Source: Eledone cirrhosa
Lineage: Eukaryota
DNA length: 64,000 nucleotides
Assembly: GCA_964016885.1 (NCBI GenBank)
Contig: OZ024747.1
Coordinates: forward strand, 36,890,001-36,954,000
Direction of reading: 5' to 3'
The notes under the pieces were generated by a model, which worked only from the letters and a program-made list of their open reading frames with translations, was not told the origin of the DNA and ran no database searches. Positions 56,192 through 64,000 of this stretch are shown piece after piece. The stretch's first letter is position 1. Each line of letters starts with the position of its first letter. Made by a program: the position numbers and the translations under genes.

Positions 56192-58530
56192 TAACAGATT
56201 AAAGTTTAAGCAAGGAATCGCTGATTTCAACCTTAATGGGATCTTCTGAAACCATAAAAAATCAATCTGTGAACGTAGAAGTAAATATTTCGAAAAACGT
56301 TGCAACCGAAGGAAGACAGGAAGACGATACTTTGGTTCGTGGAAACGTTCCTCAGCAAAGAACAAAAAAAAAACGAAGATAATACGTTATTATTTGGAAC
56401 GTCGAGAACAATTACATGCAAAGACAAAACCACGTTTATGGTATAAATGAAGTCGTAGAAAATATTCTATTTAGGTGGTTCGTGGAAACGTCCCCTGGCA
56501 ATGAACGGAAAAAACGAAGATAATACGTCATTATGTGGAGCGTTGAGAGCAATTACCCGCAAACACAAAACCACGTTTATATTATAAATGAAGTTGTAGA
56601 CTAAAATTGTATTTAGGAAACCGAATGATTCTCGGCTTCAGAGTTAAGAATAATTGTTTCTACTTTTGGCACAAGGCCAGCAATTATCTCAGTATATTAC
56701 TGGTACTTTATTTTATCGACCCCGTAAGGATGAAAGGCAAAGTTAACCTCGGAGAGATTTGAACTCAGACCATAATGGGCCGTAACTCATTGCTGCAAAG
56801 CATGGCGTCAGACATTCTACCGATACTGTCAATCCATATAATATGGAGGTGGCCACACCATTAGCTAAGATCTTTCTCTCCCTTATTATGAAGCATTTCC
56901 CCCAGCACATAAATATAGTAAAACTCTTAATAGAAATACCATTAAAATTTCTTACTCTACGACTCCCAAACTTGCACATAACATCACTGCTTCAAATTTA
57001 GCTAAAGTACCTAGCCGTAGGAACACGTGCAACCCTGTAGCTAGTACTAACTGTAATTATAGGAACCGGATTGACTGCCCCCTATCCGGGAACTGCCTCT
57101 CTAATAACATTGTCTACAAATGTAAGTTTGAAACACCCACATCCCGTAGGGTCTACTTAGGGTTAACCGCCAATAGATTCAAGCAGCGTCTTTACATGCA
57201 TACCCATTCTTTTCTTAACCCTTTAAGAAGGAATATGACGTCACTTTCAGCTTATATCTGGAGTCTAAATGACAACCACACCCAATATAGGTTACACTAG
57301 CTAATTCTAGATCGTATAACAGAAATAAAAGACCATGTGACCTCTGCGCCGCTGAAGCCCTGGAAATACTCTACGCCTATGACCACATCTTAAACCAAAA
57401 ATCTGAGGCAATTTCGGCTTGTAAACATAAATTGCACAAAACCTTCCTGTATTACAACCAAAAATTATACCCTAACTGATAGTACGAACTATACGCGGAT
57501 AATTTACGTCTTGATGTGGTAACTAAGTATATTTTATGTTTATACCATTACTTATTTGTATAGGTAAGTATATATTACCTGTATGTTTTGTGAAGGTACG
57601 TATATTTTCTCGTACGAATATTTGCTTGTATTTGTTATAGGCATATATATTATATTATATATACTGGTACATGTGTATATGGTTATGCATATATGTAAGT
57701 TTTGCGTTTGTGTGAGTATGCGGGTTCGCACGATTGTAGGGTGTGTCTATATGTGTACTTTGTGTTTTGGTTGACGTACGTTTAGCGAACATATGTGTAG
57801 TTACATGTAGGTTTGTGTGTGCGCGCGTTATATACGTATTTATGTGTGTATATTTATATACGTTTATATCATTATATGTATACATGCACACACACACATA
57901 AATATATATATGTTTTATATATATTTTTATGTGTATTTGATGTATACGTTCGTATGTGTGCGGGTACAGGCGTTGCGTGGGTTCTGTATGTGCGCGCGTG
58001 GTTTTGTGTACGTGCTTGTATATGCATACCCATGCCGAGTGTTTTTGCGTATGCTTGTGTATGTACGTATATGGATGCGTGCATGTATATATTTAATTTC
58101 AATTACCTCTGTAATTTATTTACTTTGTGAAGCCGAGAATCATTTGGTTTCCTAAATAGAATTTTAGTCCACGACTTCATTTATGCCATAAACGTGGTTT
58201 TGTCTTTGCGTGTAATTGTTCTCATCGGTCCACATAATGACGTATTATCGTCGTTTTTTTTTCGTTCTTTGCCAGGAACGTTTCCACGAACCAAAGTATC
58301 GTCTTCCTGTCTTCCTTCGGTTGCAACGTTTTTCGAAATATTTACTTCTGCGTTCACAGATTGATTGTTTTAGTTTCAGAAGATCCCGTTAAGGGTGAAA
58401 GCAGCAATTTTTTGCTTAAATTTTAATCTGTTATTTTAATAAATATTTGCTCTACGGTTCTTATATATTTGATATATATTTATCCTTATCGAGCCCTCTT
58501 TGGATTTTAGTCTTCAAATTTATTATTATT
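56185..58530 (+). mobile_element. 5'-truncated Hydra-like PLE with inverted pLTR and internal ~140-bp duplication, interrupted by a SINE
   Basis: CNYRNRIDCPLSGNCLSNNIVYKC..YLGLTANRFKQR near 57050-57190; 56185-56640 is the inverse of 58130-58440. Confidence 0.78.
56648..56832 (-). mobile_element. SINE family A
   Basis: Aligns with 9395-9578. Confidence 0.85.
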
Positions 58531-60354
58531 ATATATATATATAATTTAAAGTATCAAAATATATATAATATGTAGGATGAATATGTTTCTCAGCAGAAAA
58601 GTTCAATGGACTTTTGTCCAGCATTAATGTTCATATCCTTCATACATAATATAGATGGTATGATACTTTACATTAGTACACACCTGCTCCAAATTCTTAA
58701 TTTGTTGAGCTGCTTGTGTTGTGACTGGTACATCGCACCTCTAAGCTTACCCTCCCGCTACATCAACTAAACATATATATAATATCATTAACTATTTTCA
58801 TGTGAACGAATATTGATGACGATGACAATAATACCAGTATGGACTGTAATGATTATGTTGAAAGTTTTCATGAGGCTGACTGTAGTGTAAAGTATAACAA
58901 GGATTATGAGGAAGAGAAGGAAGTAAAGAGTGATCTAGTGCCAGTAGAGTTAGACAGCAGGAAATGAAAAACAGTAATTAGACTGTATGTTGCAATAAGA
59001 GAGGGCCTTTGAGAGTGTTGCCACAAATTTATTATGTTGAATCTTCCGTTATTTTTATCATATTTTTATTATAATTATTGTTTTACGTCACCATCAGATG
59101 TAAAACTAAACTAATCTAGAATATATAAATCAATATATTGAAGAATACAGCCAAGGAAACTTGTGATTGGCGACTAAACTGTAGTTTGATTTGTAATATA
59201 CATTGCATTTTGTGAGAATGATATGAAATATCTTTTTTATTTTAGTTGTAGTTCGTTTATGTTTTTTTTTGTTTCTTTCTAATAAGACTAAAATACTAAG
59301 CCAAAAAATACAATATGCACAAAACTCTTGACGTAAATGTATTATCTGGAAGAAAAGTATATATAGTCTGAAAGCAATACGGTATAATGTGCCTAATTCT
59401 ATAAAATCAACGTAATGTATGATGCTTGAAAGTAAGGTGGATTTGATTAGCTTAAATCAGGACTGTTTAATTAGGTAGATGAAGATTCATCTGTGAGAGG
59501 CAGTATATATAGGAAATAAAAAAGAAAGAATTAAATAAGCAAGTAAATAAAAAGTAAACAGTACAGAAAGAAATAAAATGAATATACAACAGCATATTCG
59601 GCAAAAGAAAATAATGAATTTATTAACGGCTTCTTACTAGTTCATATTGAAGCTGTTGTTTTTAATTATATGTATGCGTGTGGCAACTTCTATAAGAATG
59701 AATGAGGAAAGCCAAGTACTTCTTAGACTTTGTACGTCTATTATAAGACTATGTGTGTGGGCTGTTGTGATTACAAAACAATATTCCAAGTGATATTAAA
59801 TATACATTTTCCGAATTTTAAGAGGTTCGTTAATAAATGGAACATATATTTCTTCCTCATACAAGGAGAGGGATATGGTCTGCACACTAATCTATTATCG
59901 CAAGTAACGTTTTTAGAAAATTAAAAGAAGACACGCACTACAACCTATTCTTGACATATAGGATTAGCTTGTCTATAACTAAGTGCTATGTCTAAGGGGA
60001 CACGACGAAACTCGGTCTGTTCACATGACTCATGACCCAAGGTATGGAGAACAAATGAAGGTGGCGCTATGTCATCGCACGAACTCCTAGAATGGCAGCT
60101 AAATCTTTCATATTGTATAGTCCTAGGTACTTGGGAAACGAAAGACTGGTTATCACTAGGACACTACAAGTCGCTTGGAAATTCAGGCCCAGGGATAAAG
60201 AACACAAAGCAATTTGATAGTGGTATCCCATATTTTACACCCAGATTTTGTGTCTCTACTGTTAACTAGTTAGAGCATGTGCGACCTGATTTTCAGAGAA
60301 TATAGTGGGGAATAACAGCTCGTTGTGCTCCGCGTTACACTTATATATTTATGT

Positions 60355-60476
60355 GTATGTGTGCACGTATGTGACTATGTACCAGTACGAGTGTTTGTGA
60401 CTATGCATGCATATATATATATATATATATGCATGCATAGTCATAAACACTCGTACTGGTACGTAGTCACATACGT

Positions 60477-60485
<9 letters not shown>
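60355..60485. repeat. Palindrome centred on a (TA)n run
   Basis: gtgcacgtatgtgactatgtaccagtacgagtg..gcatgc (TA)n gcatgc..cactcgtactggtacgtagtcacatacgtgcac. Confidence 0.9.
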
Positions 60486-60536
<51 letters not shown>

Positions 60537-60543
<7 letters not shown>

Positions 60544-60790
60544 TATAAGTATTAATAAAATAGATGTTCTTTTGATCAATTTAACATCTCAGGGTATGTC
60601 ATGTATCATTATATTTTGTCTGATGAGGGCGTACTGTTGTACATCTGAAATATGTATAATAAAATGTAATTGATCAAAAGAACATCTATTTTATTAATAC
60701 TTATATTTTAATATTAATAACTCCTGAAAATTATTTTTGCCGTTGAGTGCTTCCAATCTACTGTAAAACTCATTCTTTGACATAATCATC
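60537..60790 (+). mobile_element. Short fold-back unit with hammerhead (60613-60665)
   Basis: 60536-60581 inverted at 60668-60713; ATTTTGT-CTGATGA-GGGCGTAC TGTT GTACATCT-GAAATATGTA..ATAAAAT. Confidence 0.72.
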
Positions 60791-60807
60791 GAATATTGTT
60801 TAGCAAC

Positions 60808-60891
<84 letters not shown>

Positions 60892-60899
60892 TAAATATA

Positions 60900-61260
60900 A
60901 ATTAGCGAGAATCGTATTTCGGCTTAGGAATCGACGAAAAACAACTTCCGAGATTGTGGCAAGCGCTCGATGATTCAGATGAATCAGAGCTACAACATAC
61001 GCTAAAGGCCAAACACACTGAGATGATGGCTAAACAAACATCCACACAGCCAAAGAAACGACCAACTAATTCGGGTCAAACAATAAAAATATATGTGATT
61101 GAAAATTTACCTGGACCCCTGGAAGGTTGGTAAAATCCAGTATTTGGGTTTCTGCGAATCCTAAATCAAGTACTGTCCGCTTACATAAAACATGTTAGGC
61201 TTCTGGTAAGATGATTGAACAAGGAAGCCACTTTATCAACAGGTTTTTGTTCAATTGCTA
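60900..61260 (-). repeat. Family D repeat, truncated
   Basis: Colinear with 29420-29775. Confidence 0.55.
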
Positions 61261-64000
61261 ATCCAAAGTGTGACTATTACTGACCCCATGTGTGCATGCT
61301 TCTTTGTGCTCTTATACATTTGTTTGTCGTCCTAAAAGAAATCATCTTTCCACGACCAATGCTTGTACATTGGTTTATGTTGACGATACACTTTTCATTA
61401 GAATGAGTGCTAACTTAGTAAGAGGAAAATATACAGAATGCAGAATGTGCCATCCTCCTCAGATTCTGAAATTTCGAAGGAAAATCTTTTATAATTCCGT
61501 TCACATCTATGATGCGATTTCTTACAAAAATTCACTTACTTCCCTATACTTTGGCGTTGTAGCTAATCATAATATATCTAATGAACTGTCCCATAATGTA
61601 AAATATCCTAAGTTAAGAAGTCACCTCGTAGGGACGTCTATTTCTAAAACTATTTGAACCCATTTTACTTCTATTCTTTTCTTAATTGATTGAGAAAGAC
61701 ATTTACATCAATCTTTTTATTCCCTTTACTTTTAAACATTAGTCTATTGTCCCCCACCCCTTTTATAGAGTTTTTTTTTTTATTACTTTTGCAATAATGG
61801 CTTACAGGTATAATATCGTGTCAATCACAGAAGCTCTATGTGGTTGAAGCTTTAGCAAAGAGTAGCAGCTAGATTTCCCCCAATTTACACTTCCCAGTCC
61901 TAAATAAAGAAAAGGTAATATAGCTTCACAGACATAAACATACGATAACGCCATTTAAAATATCGTTCAGTATCATTCTGCTCAGATTTAACCGCGAGTT
62001 AAGCCACAGCCACACAAACAATGTTCTTCAACATATACCTCTTCCTTTTTTTAATATATTAAATCTAGTATTTCATTGGTGTCTTATATTCTAACCTAAC
62101 AGTAATTCAACTGCGAAATTAGAAATTCTTGGAGCACAATTCCAGAAATTCCTCTTGTAAAGCGTGAAATGTTAGGAGGAAAAGAAATTCAATATTCTGA
62201 CATTTGTAGATTTTCTAAGGATCAAGACGTAAGTGAATTGAAATGATTCCAAATAGTATATTGATCTTTGTCTAAAAATGTCAATCTTCGAAATCACAAT
62301 GCTACTTTGAAGCCTTTCACAATACATTTGTCTTTGTTAATGCAATTCTCTTCACGTAATAACGATACCCTAGATGGTCTTGGGTTTACAGCGATAGAAA
62401 TATGCCATTGCACCCTCAATACATTTAGGAAGAAGTGAAAGTCACAAAAACTACCCGCTTCAGCTTACCTCTTTCTTTCTAACTTGAATGAGAAAATTAT
62501 TATTATCCCTTTTTTCTTTTAATTTTTATTACTTTTCGAAGAACTGCCGGTTTTTCTCGTCAGGTAACATTCAATTACCTTTGCTTTTCCATTGTATCCA
62601 TCTATGTATCGTTCACATTAGTTAATCCTTTGCATGTCATTCTTTTTAGCACATCGTTCATTTTCAAACTCCTTGTGGATTTCTAACTGTTCCAGAACCC
62701 TCCTTGCATTGTAATTGATGAATTACATTGAATATATATTCCTTCTTCAGTTGTGCAGTTTTCCCGAGTGTTCTTTACAAATATATGAAAGTATTACTCA
62801 TCACAATTGGTATAATGCTTACGTATGTATAACACGAAAGAAAAGTATTTACTTCAGCTGAATGATGTTGTGCAGAAACAAATTAACACGGTTACAAATA
62901 AAATACGGATGTTTATAAATAACATTCAGGTGAAATTTAAGCTGAAAGATCCAGCTGCTCTTGTAATACATTGAAAGACGAATAGAGAATATCAATTTGT
63001 TTTGTTTTGTTTTTTACTGTAGATCAAAAGAAAATATTTATTCAGGAATATAGGTAATGTAACAGGGACATCATTGGGAAGAACATCATAAACAGAATAT
63101 TTGAGAAGATATTTAAATCAACTTTGAAAGGATCAAACACTTTCCTTGCAATAAACAAAGTTGGCCACTAATGTCATACACAGCAAAATAAGTAAATTTA
63201 ACAATATAAGATGGATACTACACAGGGAAGGATCTTAAATATATATTATCCTCCCTATCAATGATTATCAAATTTGAAAGAAGATACTGAAGGATATTGA
63301 AGTTTAAATATGTGAGGTCTAAATTCTGTAAAAGCCTACAAACTTCATGACCACTGTGTTCCCTCTATTAGATAAAGGCAAGAAGTTTAAACGTTTAGAT
63401 TAGTGAACTTTTAACAATCAACCGGATAGCCATATGTAAGAGGTCATGAAAGTTTTGGCATTGTAGCATACATGAGCGAATTAGTTTCTTTGGTTGAGAG
63501 GGCATAGGTTTGATGTGCCTAAACCTTTCCACAAATTAACACACAATTTCAATGGAATAAACAGAATTGGGATAAAGCAGGCTAAAGTCAAATCAAAATC
63601 TTTAAATCTCAATACAAGAATAATAGCAAAAATCATTGACAATTAATGGTTCAAAAGAAATTCCTTCAGAAATTGAAATAATAAACTTCAATTTACCAGG
63701 CAAACAAAATAAAGGAAATATCAAAAAGGGGATCATAAAAGTCGGAATTGAAATAAAATCCTCAATACTATGTGAGGAATGATTGATTGCAGACATCTTA
63801 CAGTGTCTAAATATAGGGAATAAAGGCAACCGAATATTTTATCTAGAGACAATCAGATGGAAGTAACGGAGTTAGATAAACAGATAGGAGTAATATTACT
63901 GATTGAAAACATGAATTCTATTGTTATTACATCAAAGTAGCAGATACAAAATATTAAATGATTAAATCATGCAACCAGTTTTTTTCTAGATAATGTAAAG

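Noticed and set aside
61300-64000. Short open frames in unique AT-rich DNA
   Set aside because: No recognisable domains or consistent splice structure

Overview
AT-rich animal genomic DNA, most likely cephalopod (Octopus-like; inferred from the dense (TA)n/(CA)n tracts and the SINE/RTE repertoire). It is almost entirely a nested transposon landscape with no confidently identifiable host gene. Contents: three Helitrons; at least 8 Penelope-like element (PLE) remnants of three types; a near-full-length RTE LINE with three C-terminal C2H2 fingers, plus short bipartite derivatives; R4/Dong-like and CRE-like restriction-endonuclease LINE fragments; tRNA-derived SINEs; and many short non-coding units between (TA)n tracts with fold-back architecture and hammerhead ribozyme (HHR) motifs. 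The most notable observation is two diverged ~565-bp retrozyme-like units (3576-4200 and 31997-32603). Both carry every hammerhead core element in a non-standard, pseudoknotted or split order, with identical spacing and compensatory changes. Most short ORFs in the track are microsatellite artefacts. All structures were read by eye; no folding or database search was run, and element boundaries are approximate.
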